A DNA stretch of 64,000 nt from the human T2T-CHM13v2.0 reference genome, Homo sapiens: the NCBI RefSeq assembly GCF_009914755.1, contig NC_060942.1. One strand, given 5' to 3'. The position numbers and the translations under genes were made by a program. Positions 47,624-61,302 of the stretch are shown in pieces. The notes below the pieces were generated by a model. The model ran no database searches and was not told where the DNA came from. It saw only the letters and a program-made list of their open reading frames with translations. The stretch's first letter is position 1, and each line of letters opens with the position of its first letter.

Positions 47624-48659
47624 GTAAGAGACACTGGCTTCTCACATTCGCCCTGGCTCTGCAAGATACGCAATGGCCTCCTGGTCAACTGTCCACGGGT
47701 GTCAGAGTCTCCTAGATGCTCAGGACTATGGTGGCCTTTCTGCCTTCATCTTGCCATTTAAAGCATTTGTTCTACTCCAGAGCATTAGGGTCTAAGGGAT
47801 TTTTTAAAATTACTATTTAGTCAAGCTGATTTTTCTGCCTTTTCCCCTAAACATCTACAGTGCTAACCCCAGAGTACAGTTCCACTGGGAGTCACTCTAT
47901 CGTAAGCTTGGGGGTGGGGGTGGGGGTGATGGGAGCCAGCCCTTAAGGCATGTGGCCTCCAGCCTGGTTTTAAATCTTCCACAGTCTACTCCCTCCAATC
48001 AAAAAACTGGATGCTTACTCTTAGAGCTTCTGACAGAACCTCTCTATTCTGCTTTTCCTTATGGCATAGCTCATAGAACATCTACAATAATTTAGGGTTC
48101 CCAAGCTTTGGTAGGCATCAGAATCACCTGGGGAGCTTTAAATACCCAAACAGGCTTCATCTCAGACCCTCTAAATCACAATCTCTAAGGGTGGGGCCTG
48201 GAACCTGTTTTAACAAACTCCCCAAATTGTGATGCGGGCCAGAGTTTGAGAACCACTGTATCAAGGGATGAATCCTATGTATCTCTTTAAAGATGGCCAT
48301 AAAGAGATTCTGTATTTTTTAAAACCTGGTTAACCCAAATCAAATTCCAGCTCTTCCTGTTGGTGTGTAATAAATATGTTTAAGGTTTCTGGATTATCAA
48401 GAACAAGAGAACACCTGAAATTAGAAGAAAACCAAAGAAACCTTACCTTTTTAATGTGCTCTCCCACTGTCAGGTTATGAAACGCCCTTTTGTCTTCTTT
48501 GTTGAGTGATCAAAACACACGAGGAGCTCAAGTCACCTTCTCCTTAGCTTCTTGCCAGAAAATTAAAGGGAGCACCTGGAAATAATTCAGAAGGAAAAAA
48601 TCAAAGATTCATTAGAACTACCCATGAAAAATAACAGTATAAAATAGCATTAATCGATC

Positions 48660-48858
48660 TAGAACTGCACTAACACAGGAGCCTCTAGCCCCATGTGGCT
48701 ATATAAATTTAGATGTAGATTAGTTAAAAATTGAGTTCCTCAACCTCTCTAGCCACATCTCAGGTGCTTGATAGCCACACGTGGCTAGGACCCACTGTAT
48801 TAGACAGCACAGATACAGACTATTCCATCATCTCGGAAAGTTATCCTGCACAGTGCTG
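48660..48858. mobile_element. MER3-like DNA transposon remnant
   Basis: TAGCCCCATGTGGCTA...TAGCCACATCTCAGGTGCTTGATAGCCACACGTGGCTAG...GAAAGTT...CAGTGCTG. Confidence 0.65.
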
Positions 48859-49749
48859 ATCTGGGGCAGGGGAAGCCTTGTGCTTCTCACTCTGAATGAA
48901 CAGCCCATCCTCAGCACCAACCCCAACCCTATGGCTACCTGAGAGAGAGTTCTGCAGCCAAGTCCAAAAACAAACAAACAAACAAAAAAAGCGTATGCCA
49001 TCTTTGCCAAGTTCCCTGGTCTAGAAATAGCAAAATGTCTAGACATGAAGACTCAGCATGGGCTGGAAGAATTTAGAGTCCATCTTAGGGTAGAGTCAAA
49101 CTCACACTATGGTCTGGTGCCCTTAGCCAATGTTAGACTCAGCCTAATATAAGAGGGGAGAAGACACTTCCCCTTGTGCCAAAGCTGGGGCTCCCTCTGG
49201 CAGAGTCACTGCCTCCAGAAGGTCTTTGGTACATACACGACCTAGCAATGGTGGAGAGGGCAAGATGGGAGCTGAGGAAAACATCTTTCAGTAAATGGCC
49301 TTGCTCAAAAGGGACATGCTATGGCTAATTATGCCTATCCTAGCCCTACCAGAAGTTCAGCTGTAAAGAATGATCACTTGTTAGGTTCAGTTAAACCTTG
49401 TTCACTCCTGAGAACTGCAATTCTGTGAACAGAATAACTAAATTCAGGCCTCAGCCAGAAAGTAGAATTATGACATTTCCATGTATTTTTGTGTTTTGAG
49501 ACCTGCTTGACAGTTGTTCATAACTAGAATAAGCTAAAAATATCTTTGTTTAAATGAATACATGTTCCACTTAATGACAGAAAAGTAAATTCACAAACTT
49601 GCTAAAAATTACTTCTAAATTGTGGACAAGATAACCTGGCTTTGGGTCTCTGGCTTTAGCGTAAGCATCCAAATTGCATAGTGATAATAATCTCTATTGA
49701 ACATAGGGATGCATGGATAGATTAAATCACCCTCAACACTGATGGACAT

Positions 49750-49986
49750 TTGAAAGCAAAAAAAGTGTCAGCTGTGGTCCTTGCCATCCCCAGTAGGAGG
49801 CAAGGCAGATCCTCATAGCCAGGAGCAGTGAGTGGCACCAAGCTGGGAGCTTAACAGTGACCAAGGCCAAGTGTCAGTGCAAGCAGGAGAGCACAGGGGG
49901 AGCTTTGAGAAGGCATGTGTTGCATGCACCAGGGAAGGGCTGGTGTATCTCTGGGGATAAAGCTGAAGGATGACTGGGATTTTTCT
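49750..49986 (+). repeat. Left arm (intron 7) of long inverted repeat flanking exons 8-9
   Basis: Reverse complement of 50911-51155; ~18 mismatches plus one 8-nt indel by hand count. Confidence 0.95.
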
Positions 49987-50143
49987 GTAATCAAAGAGAG
50001 AGAATTTTAAATGGTATTAACACTGTTCTTGAAAGAGGTAAGGTATGTCCAATCTAAAATTACATTGTAGGAGTTTGTGGGTGTCCTGTGGGTTTCTGTT
50101 CAGTTGTTTTGGTAGCCTCATTTTTCTTAAATTTCTTTTGCAG

Positions 50144-50291
50144 TTGTTGAAATCTATACCAGTGGGAGTTGGTCAGATCTATGGCTGTGATAATCCATGG
50201 ACAGGGGGCATTTTCCTGGGAGCCATCCTACTCTCCTCCCCACTCATGTGCCTGCATGCTGCCATAGGATCATTGCTGGGCATAGCAGCGG
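50144..50291 (+). CDS. SLC14A1: SLC14A1 exon 8, c.664-811
   Basis: TTTGCAG|TTG; [25 protein letters not shown]...LLGIAA; donor CGG|GTGAGC; 148 nt. Confidence 0.97.
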
Positions 50292-50508
50292 GTGAGCACA
50301 AGAGCCCTTACCAAATATTGAGCACCTCCTCCATCCCATGCATTGCCTCAGGCATCTTCTGTGCTCCAGATCTTTCTTGAGATCTTGGCTTCCTAGGGAC
50401 CAATGGGAGTTCCCGGGATGCTTCCTGCTAACTTTCAATCCCACCCTCAGTTTCCTTCCAGAACATCCTGCCTTTAGTCCTGAGTTCTGACCCCTCCTGT
50501 CTTAACAG

Positions 50509-50643
50509 GACTCAGTCTTTCAGCCCCATTTGAGAACATCTACTTTGGACTCTGGGGTTTCAACAGCTCTCTGGCCTGCATTGCAATGGGAGGAATGTTC
50601 ATGGCGCTCACCTGGCAAACCCACCTCCTGGCTCTTGGCTGTG
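50509..50643 (+). CDS. SLC14A1: SLC14A1 exon 9, c.812-946 (Jk(a)/Jk(b) codon 280)
   Basis: TAACAG|GACTC; [28 protein letters not shown]...LALGC; donor GTG|GTGAGT; 135 nt. Confidence 0.97.
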
Positions 50644-50910
50644 GTGAGTCTCCCACGCCCCTGGGGGAGGGCTGCTCATGACTACAGGATCTCAATCAAG
50701 GATAAGCAGTAAAAACGGACTGCATGAAAAATCAGGGCCAGGGTTCTGGCTTGAGCCCACTTGCTGTCTAAGTGTGTGAACAGGACAAGTGACGTCCCCT
50801 CTCTGAGAGCATTAAAATCACCTCTGCCTACCTCTCTGATGATTGTGAAGGCAGGAGCCTATTGAGTCATATTAATATCCTAAAACATGGATGTTTGGGA
50901 GGATAGAAAA

Positions 50911-51155
50911 AGAAAAATCCCAGTTATTCTTCAGCTTTATCCCCAGAGATACACCAGCCCTTCCCTGGTGCATGCCACACATGCCTTCTCAAAGCTCCCC
51001 CTGTGCTCACGGGCTCTCCAGCTTGCACTGACACTTGGCCTTGGCCACCAATAAGCTCCTAGAATGGTGGCACTCACTGCTCCTGGCTGTGAGGATCTGC
51101 CATGCCTCCCACTGGGGATGGCAAGGACCTCAGCTGACACTCCTTTTGCTTTCAA
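50911..51155 (-). repeat. Right arm (intron 9) of long inverted repeat flanking exons 8-9
   Basis: See left arm 49750-49986. Confidence 0.95.
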
Positions 51156-51409
51156 CTGACTTGTCTTGCGTTCTTCAAACTAGTTGTTTGACCCAACAAA
51201 CTAAACGGGAATAACTCCAGCTAAATACAGAGCAATGTCCCCTGGTAAATCAGGGTTGATTACATTTACCCCTTTGAGTGAGCATCACAGTAACCCAGCC
51301 ATTCTAAAACTTCAGAATGCATCAGAATCACCTGAAAGACTTGTTAAAACACAAATCGCTGGGCCCCCTCCTCAGTCTGATTCAGCGTCAGAGATAAGGG
51401 GAAGAATAT

Positions 51410-51891
<482 letters not shown>

Positions 51892-52710
51892 TAATCCTTT
51901 CTGACTCCCAGTGTTCTAGCCAGACTCAGCCTGTCAGAGCGAGAAGGCATCCTGAGACCTCTACTCCATCCTTCTTACTTTACTGTTGGGGTCCTGAGGC
52001 CAGAGAGGCTAAGGGATGTGCCGCAGGGAATCTGGACAGCGATGGGTAAATCCACCCCCGGAACCCACACTTACCATCCACCTCCAGAGTTATCCCACCG
52101 CACTCCTCTGCTTCCCTTTTATAGCATTCAGGCCCTCACGGCAACCTCTTAGGTGAAAACAGACTGCATGTGATTTGGATCTGAAAAGCTAATAGATCCC
52201 AGGTGGATTTTGAGTGGAGGCTCATTCACCCATAGCCTCTGGCATGCCTAATTCAATCAAAGTATAAGCATTTAAGATAATGTTCTAGAGTGGAGAGAAT
52301 GAGATTTGCTTGGGAACAAAAAGGAGGAGGGATAGTGTAATGTGGAGAAATTATGTCTAATCTAGTGGAAATATATGTCTAGAATCAGTTTATCACCAGA
52401 TTAATCAAGCCAAGGTATCTAAACGGTTACGAAAACAGTGGGCCATGTATCAGGTGGGTTTAGAATAGATTTCTGCACTGGCAGAAAATGGGATGGTACC
52501 AACGGTTTCTAAAGACCCATTCCATTTTGATTCGATGCTATAGCAAGGGTAACATAACTCAGGTTGCTGTATGTGGCCATGTAGATGTCATTTTGTCAAA
52601 TTCTTTACTATTACTCAGCTATTTCACCTAGCTGTTCTGTTGAAATGTTGAACTCCTTCTCCATATTCGTTCACAAGGATAAAGGAGAGGATTACAGACA
52701 GGTGCTGTAG

Positions 52711-52858
52711 CCACCTGAGTTCAGCTGGGTTGGAATGTTTATCCTACAACCTTTCAGCTTTATTCTGAGATTCGTTAGGGGTTTCCACCTGAGTTCAGCT
52801 GGGTTAGAATGTTTATCCTACAACCTTTCAGCTTTATTCTGAGATTGGTTAGGGGTTT
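52711..52858. repeat. 74-bp tandem duplication (2 copies, 2 mismatches)
   Basis: CCACCTGAGTTCAGCTGGGTT...GTTAGGGGTTT at 52711-52784 and 52785-52858. Confidence 0.95.
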
Positions 52859-53288
52859 CAAACCTTTATTTGGGATGCATACCTTTATTTTTCTGGAGGA
52901 AGTAGCCACAAATATGTATTAAACACACATGATACAAAAGACAGTACCAGGAAGAGCAAGGGGTTTAGAAGCTTTAGGTCCCATGCAGTTCCTGCACAGA
53001 GTGTTACAATAGAGGGCAGAAGCCAGGCAAGGGAGGGAGCCCAAGAGGACCATGCAATCTTTGTGGGAGAAGAAGAAGTCCATAGTACAGGATTCTCCAG
53101 GGGGCCATTTCCACTCAGAATTATCACAAAGTACCTCCAGGAAGAAGGGGGCTTTTCCATAAATGCTAGAAAATAAGAGGAGGAATTCTGTTTGGTGGAA
53201 AGCGTGGTGCAGGCCAGCATGGGGACAGCCTGAGCATGTCCTTCAAGATCAAGGAGAAGGCATTTTGAGCACAGGAGATGGCGACGAG

Positions 53289-53632
53289 GTTTTTGTTTTT
53301 CTGGGTTTTTTGTTGTTTTTTGTTTTTTGGTTTTTTTTTTTTTTTTTTGACAGAGTCTTGCTCTGTTGCCAGGCTGGAATGCAGTGGCACAGTGGCACGA
53401 TCTTGGCTCACTGCAACCTCCGACTCCCTGGTTCAAGCGGTTCTCCTGCCTCAGCCTCCCAAGTAGCTGGGCTTACAGGCACGCACCATCACGCCTAGCT
53501 AATTTTTGTATTTTTAGTAGAGACGGGGTTTCACCATGTTGGCCAGGATGGTCTCAATCTTCTGACCTCATGATCTGTCCACCCCGGCCTCCCAAAGTGC
53601 TGGGATTACAAGTATGAGCCACCGCACCTGGC
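53289..53632 (-). mobile_element. AluS (Sc-like) element
   Basis: Antisense Alu with long T-rich tail. Confidence 0.9.
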
Positions 53633-53641
53633 GGGTGCTGA

Positions 53642-53964
<323 letters not shown>

Positions 53965-54169
53965 AGTGATGAGGTTTTGACAGACCATGGAGAAGAATGA
54001 AGTCGAAGCTCTTGACATGTTGTTTCCCCAAAGTGGGAATCTTTGATATTTTCTCAATTATAGAAGCAGCACAGATTTATTGTATAAAACAAAACAAAAA
54101 TGTAATCTGTATAGAAATGTATGAAACAGAAAGTGGAAATACTCCATCTTACTCCCTAGAGAGGGCTTT

Positions 54170-54363
54170 TTTGCCCCCTTCTTATAAGGATCCTTGTGAT
54201 TACATTGGGTCCATTCAATAGTCTAGGAAATTCTCTCCATCTCAAGGTCTTTAACTTAATCACAGCTGCTGCTAATTCCCTTTTGCCATGTGAGGTCACA
54301 TATTCTCAAGTTCTGAGGTTTAAGATGTGGACGTCTTTGGAGACCATTATTCTTCCTACCACA
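54170..54363. mobile_element. MLT1-like MaLR LTR fragment
   Basis: CTTATAAGGATCCTTGTGATTACATTGGG...TTTGCCATGTGAGGTCACAT...CCTACCACA. Confidence 0.7.
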
Positions 54364-54977
54364 CTCACCTTCCTTTGGATAGATTTTTTTTTTTTTTAAC
54401 TGGTGTAGCATAATGGTTGAGGCAGTCAACTGAGCTAAAGAGCTCAGACTCTGGTGCCAGACAGCCTGGATTCAATTCCAGCAGGTCTGCTACTTACTAG
54501 CGTATTTGCTTATGAATGTAAGCAAATTACTTAACCTTTCTATGCCTCAGTTTCCCCATCTTAGAAAATGGAAGTTACCATATTTAATTCATACAATTGT
54601 TCTGATGATTAAGTTAGTTAATGCATGTCTGAAACTCATAGAACAAATAGTGTCTAGCACTCGGTCAGCACTATTTAAAAGTCTGGAAAAACAGTTTTTC
54701 TGGTGGATTTGCATAACTTATTAAGAATCAAGCTTGTTTATTTTCTCCTCTCAATTGCTTAAGTTTATCAACACCTGTATCTTCTCCCCAAATATGACTG
54801 ATACCCAAGCCTGCCTTTACTTCCTCTGAGAAGGCCCACCCCTGATGACTACTAAAACCATTGATACTGTATAGAATTTTTATTTTGGATTTGTCGTAAG
54901 TATAAGTTTTTGTTTTTGGTACTTGCTTATTTAGGCAACTGTAAACTTTATTAACTTGCTTATTCACTCTGACTTAG

Positions 54978-55270
<293 letters not shown>

Positions 55271-55942
55271 GGTGGATTACTTTTTCAAAGAGGGTTTGCA
55301 AAGAGAGTTTTGTTTTCTTCAAAGAGGGTTTGCAAAGAGACCTTGTATGCTGGAGAATATCTTCATTTTACCTTCATTTAAATTTTAGTTTAGCTAGCTA
55401 CCAAACTCAAGATTTAACATTTTTTTCTCAATATTTTGAAAGTTGTCCTCAAAGACTACTCCATTGTCTTCTTATACCCAAAATTGCTATTAAGATGTCT
55501 GAAAAGAAACTAATTCTTGTTAAAATTGATTTTATTTTTCTCTCTGGACTCTCTGAATTTTCTCTTTGCATATGAGATATATATATGGTTTTATTTCACT
55601 ATTATCTGTCTAGATGTAACTTTTTTTTCTATGCTAGTAGGTACTCAAGTCCTCTCAACATGAGCCCTCATATCTTCCTTTAATTCTGGAAACATCATCA
55701 GTTTTTACTTTGTCAAATCTTTTCAATTTTTCCCCTCTCCTTCTGTGATTTCTAGTATTTGAGTACAATACTTTATGCTAAGTTTTTCATAACTCTTGAC
55801 TTTTTCTTAATATTTTCCATCTATCTTTTCCTGAGGCCCTTCAGTTCAGCTGATTGGCCCGATCATTCTTTGGCTCTGTCCATTGCGCCGATCACATTAT
55901 CTGTTGAGTTCTCCATTTCTGGTTCATTAATTAAATTTTACT

Positions 55943-56231
55943 GGCTGGGTGCAGTGACTCACACCTGTAAACCCAGCACTTTGGGAGGCCAAGGCGGGTG
56001 GATCACAAGGTCAAGAGATTGAGACCATCCTGGCTAACACGGTGAAACCCCATCTCTACTAAAAATACAAAAATTAGCTGGGCGTGGTAGCACGCGCCTA
56101 TAGTCCCAGCTACTCAGGAGGCTGAGGCAGGAGAACCACTTGAACTCGGAAGGCAGAGCTGCAGTGAGCTGAGATCATGCCACTGCACTCCAGCCTGGGT
56201 GACAGAGAGAGACTCTGTCTCAAAGAAAAAA
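55943..56231 (+). mobile_element. AluSc/Y-like element
   Basis: Sense dimeric Alu. Confidence 0.9.
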
Positions 56232-58386
56232 TTATCGACTGTAGGTTGTTCAGTTTGTTGTCCTTCTTTTATGGTATTTGCTCTCCTGGGATGTCCCCTT
56301 TCCTTGTCCTGGGAGCTCACGTTTCCCTCGGGATACCAGCTGTTTGGGTGAGTCTCTGGGCAGAGATGGAAGCCCAGGTTGGAGCTGCATTTTTCCTGGT
56401 GCATCTAAGGAAAAAGGGGTCCCCTGCCACAGGGTGTAGAACCTCCATTGCTCAAGGCCGTGGAGATGGTGACTGTGTAGACATTTTATATGATAAGTGC
56501 CCTTTTGCTGGGGGAAGTTCAGATTGCTTCTAGTTTGAAATCATTACAAAGAGTCCTGAAATGAATATTTTTGGTACAAATGTCCTTGTGTACTTTGTAC
56601 AAGCATTTCTGTAAGAAAGAAGATTCACCTTCTTTTCAAGAAGCTAAATTGATGGGTTAAAGGGAATGCCAATTTTGATTTCAGTGGATGCCAACTTCAT
56701 CTCCAAAAGAGCCATACCAGTTTCCACTGCTGCCAGCAGTGTGTGAGAGTGCCCACTGGGCCCCCACAAGGTACAATCAGACTTTTAAATCTCTGTGCAT
56801 GGATTTTTGAGACAGATCTCCAGCCCCCCTTGGAAAGCAAATCTCACATGTAAAATGCCACAGCAAGTTTCAGCTTGTCCACATCACCCTGATACTGCCA
56901 AACAAAAGACCAACCCTCTTAGCCAACATAAATAAGTGACAGACATTTATTACAGAGCTGTTTTTTTATCAGTCCCCAGTGGCTTTATCAGGAAGTGGAC
57001 TCAGGAAACTCTGACAGAACCTGGCACTGCTGTCTTTCTGGCCTCTAAGCCAGAGCAACTGCGTGGCCAGAGAACATCTCAATGTTGTTGTTTTACCAGT
57101 GGAGAGTGTAAACATATTGTGTATCTCTTCCCAATGGTTGGGTTATCGCAGTGGGACTCACCTGTGGCAGTCCATTGGAAGGGACACTATCCAGGAGGAG
57201 CTGAAATCCAGTTTCCCCTTCAGTACTCAAGGGCCTTTTCTTCCCTCAGCTACCAAGAATGCTGTCAGGGTCATTGCCTACAAACTGATGATGCTGTGCA
57301 GAATTGCGCCTCTACTGTAAGGCTTTCCCGGTCCTACTTGGCGAGTCTTAATTGACATACCTACCATTAAATAATCTATCACTTGTACTATGGAGAGAAA
57401 AGCAACTTTGAATTGGAGATCACTTCACAGCAGCATAACAGTATGAGACGTAAACGTGCCAAAAGTGAGCCTTAGAAGTGTAATGGATATTTTAAAAAGA
57501 GAGAAAGCAACAAGGCCTCATGTGCTCAGGGGTGGTGTTGTGGTAGAGGGGGCACTCAAGAGATCAGGGACAGAGGGCCCCAGTGCTTGGCAGAGGGCCA
57601 ATGAATAGTTGTTAAATTAATTGATTAAATTTCAACAATGAATGAAATTGGTGTAACCAAGGAGAGAAACCCTTCTAAGCCAAGCCATGAGCACCCTTCT
57701 GCTCAGAGCAGTAGCTCAGTCCCATGGTGAAAGAGATGCATTTACAGCTGTGTTTATGGAAATACAAGCTCTCATTTGAGATTCTTCACCTCCCAGTAAG
57801 GCAGATCTTCAAGGTGCCTTTTTACAGATGATGAAACTAGATTCCAAGACAGTGATTTGTTATACAACAAATAAAATGGCAGAGCTGGGATTTGAAACCA
57901 GTACTGTTTCCAAAGACCAGCCTTTCCCACTAGTGTGAGACAATTCATACGTGAAAGAATTTGATATACTATTGAATAAGAAACACCAGGATAAAAAGAC
58001 AAAATATTGGTAAAAGGACAGAAGTCTATGGTAAAGTAAATGAGGATCACAGAGCCTCTCCCACCATGTCTGCCACATCCCCACACACCAAGATAGCTGA
58101 CGTACCAGACATGAAGACGAGATGGTGAGTGTGTCTCACGGTGAGCTCCGGTGGCCCAAGTGGCTGTGTGGCCATTATATGAAGGTCATTCTTCAGGCTG
58201 TCCCCATGAAACCTGAGGGCTTCCCTGAGCCTCTGTGAGCCTTCTCTTCAACCAAAACTGAGGAATAGATAATTAGCTGGTTGAGATCTTTGCTTTTGTT
58301 GTTTTACATTGAAAGTCACCCATATACTCGAATTACTGATTCTACAATTTTTTGGCCACTCAAAGCAAATAAAAACATAAGACGTT

Positions 58387-58708
<322 letters not shown>

Positions 58709-59354
58709 TCATTGATTTTAATGGTATTGGAGAAGATGTTATCAAGGGGAGGAATCTCAAGTTTGTGTTCAGTTCCTGCTGTTCTCTGAGTTCTTTCCTT
58801 CTTATTTTGTAAACATGGTTTTGTTTTGGTTTTTAGTACACAGGCTGCCAAAGCAAGCACTATGATTTTTTGTAGCTGTGAATTCAATTCATTAATATGA
58901 GAATCCTAGATGCTATCTCAAGAAACATTCATAGGTTTCATTTTAATTCAGCTATGCTTGGATAAAACATCAGAGAAATTTATTTGCCATGGAAGGCCTT
59001 TCCCTTAAGTATTAGCAATAACAACAAAATAGTAACCATAAAAAAACTACCTTTATTGAGCACTTACTGTGTGCTAAACACATGCATTATTTCCTTTCAT
59101 CCTCACACCAACACCATGAAAAATATATTCCTCTTACTTCCATTGTACAGGTGAGGAAATGGAGGCTTAAAACAGAGCCCATGGAGCTCCTAAGTGATGG
59201 AGCCAGGATTTGAACCCAGGACTGCTGACTTTAGGCTCATGCTTGTAATCAGGGCACTGTGCATTCCAGGTGATTTATATTGGAAGGCAGCCTTTCCTGT
59301 GATTAAAAGTGCATCTACGAAGCATTGTTCTTTCCCTCCTTTTTTTTTCTGTAG

Positions 59355-59404
59355 CCCTGTTCACGGCCTATCTTGGAGTCGGCATGGCAAACTTTATGGC
59401 TGAG
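59355..59404 (+). CDS. SLC14A1: SLC14A1 exon 10, c.947-996
   Basis: TTTTCTGTAG|CCCTG; ALFTAYLGVGMANFMAE; donor GAG|GTGAGT; 50 nt. Confidence 0.96.
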
Positions 59405-60755
59405 GTGAGTTTGCTTTAGTCTCACTTTTCATTAGCGTAATTGACCAGCTTACAACTATATGGGAAATGCTCCTGAAGTCCACTGGGCTGGCATCCAGTG
59501 GCAGGATCCATGACCATGAGAAGCACTGCTCTCCCTTCTCCTGGAGCTCCCTGGCCTTTCTTTCAGCATCACAGCAAACTTTAGTCCAAACCACAATCAC
59601 CCAGTTGTTACAAGTATCAGATTGCTTGGTTTAAAAAAAAATGAAACATAGGTTGTATAACATATTATCAAGTTCAGAGTCTAACTCTAAGTGATAAGAA
59701 GTAGACTTTAGGATATCTTTTACTTAAACAGAAAGCCAGATATTCCATTGCAGGTGATGCAGGCCCGGTTTCTGATAGCTTAGTCCATGTTGATGTGGTC
59801 ATGGCTGCTAAGGAGTCAAGGCAGTATCTAGCCCTTTTGGCAGCAGCATGGAGATTTTATCTGGGAGGGTCCTTAAGGAGACACAGTGTCTTTCTGGTGG
59901 AAAGCCAAAGTCCCATTACACACATGCATGATGGAGAGTACATCAGAGCACATGGGGCCCTTCACATGTCAACAAAGAAGGTTCACAGGCATCAGTCCCA
60001 GGACCCAAATGGGCAAGCTGCACACCAGAGTCAGCTAGGAAGACGGAAAAATATGGAGCCTTAGGCCCTGTCCTTTGGTATTTCTGATAGAGTAGGTCTT
60101 GTATGATGCTTGAACATCTGTGTTTTTTTTAACTCCCCCAGATGATTCTGATGTGCAGTCAGATTAGGGTACCCCTACACTCCATCACACCCCAGGGAGG
60201 TCCATGCATCGGGTCAGAGCTAACCAATGGTGTATGCTCAGAATTGTGTGAGTTTCCATGAGCAGCACAAAGAGGACCTACCCTCAAGGAACTTAGAGTC
60301 TATTTGGGAGACAGAATGGAAAGAAACAAAGCAAGTCAAGTCTAAGATCTAGACCAGGCAGAAGTCAAGGTCAGAGAGGTCACTGTGGGCTGGACTAATC
60401 AGAGAAGGCCTTGTGGACATGAAGACTGGTCAGGGGCCATTTGCAGTTTGCAAGTGTCATCTCTGTCAAATGTTCTCTTGGCACATCTGGTGCAGGAAGT
60501 CTGAATATATGAGAGGGAGAGAAAGACATACAAGATAGAGACATAAGTGGCTGCCCTAAAGAATGGATGTCAACATTCCAACAACTCAATGCCCTGAGAT
60601 TGGAAATTCAGTCTCCACGAGCATGCACAGAATCCAGAGCAATGCCCCCAGTGGTTCATCCCCCTGGGCTGAATGCAAGTAGAGGGGGATGCCTTGTGCA
60701 GCTCAGCTGTCAGATGGGATCTGAAAGGAGCGTGTGGCTTTCTCTTCTTCCCCAG

Positions 60756-60929
60756 GTTGGATTGCCAGCTTGTACCTGGCCCTTCTGTTTGGCCACGCTA
60801 TTGTTCCTCATCATGACCACAAAAAATTCCAACATCTACAAGATGCCCCTCAGTAAAGTTACTTATCCTGAAGAAAACCGCATCTTCTACCTGCAAGCCA
60901 AGAAAAGAATGGTGGAAAGCCCTTTGTGA
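60756..60929 (+). CDS. SLC14A1: SLC14A1 exon 11 coding part, c.997-1170 including TGA
   Basis: CCCCAG|GTT; [18 protein letters not shown]...[20 protein letters not shown]; exon lengths sum to 1170 nt. Confidence 0.97.
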   Translation, partial: VGLPACTWPFCLATLLFLIMTTKNSNIYKMPLSKVTYPEENRIFYLQAKKRMVESPL

Positions 60930-61289
60930 GAACAAGCCCCATTTGCAGCCATGGTCACGAGTCATTTCTGCCTGACTGCTCCAGCTAACTTCCAGGGTCT
61001 CAGCAAACTGCTGTTTTTCACGAGTATCAACTTTCATACTGACGCGTCTGTAATCTGTTCTTATGCTCATTTTGTATTTTCCTTTCAACTCCAGGAATAT
61101 CCTTGAGCATATGAGAGTCACATCCAGGTGATGTGCTCTGGTATGGAATTTGAAACCCCAATGGGGCCTTGGCACTAAGACTGGAATGTATATAAAGTCA
61201 AAGTGCTCCAACAGAAGGAGGAAGTGAAAACAAACTATTAGTATTTATTGATATTCTTGGTGTTTAGCTGGCTCGATGATGTTAACAGT

Positions 61290-61302
61290 ATTAAAAATTA
61301 AA
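61290..61302 (+). terminator. Proximal polyadenylation signals (two ATTAAA)
   Basis: ATTAAA at 61290-61295 and 61297-61302, ~360 nt after the stop. Confidence 0.55.

Noticed and set aside
47132-47761. 209-aa ORF, and similar extended ORFs at 50045, 45189 and 60567
   Set aside because: Only the exon portions are coding; the rest is open intronic frame around SLC14A1 exons.
52711-52858. CRISPR-like or prokaryotic repeat-spacer array
   Set aside because: Only two adjacent copies with no spacers; the window is human DNA with no cas-like or bacterial genes.
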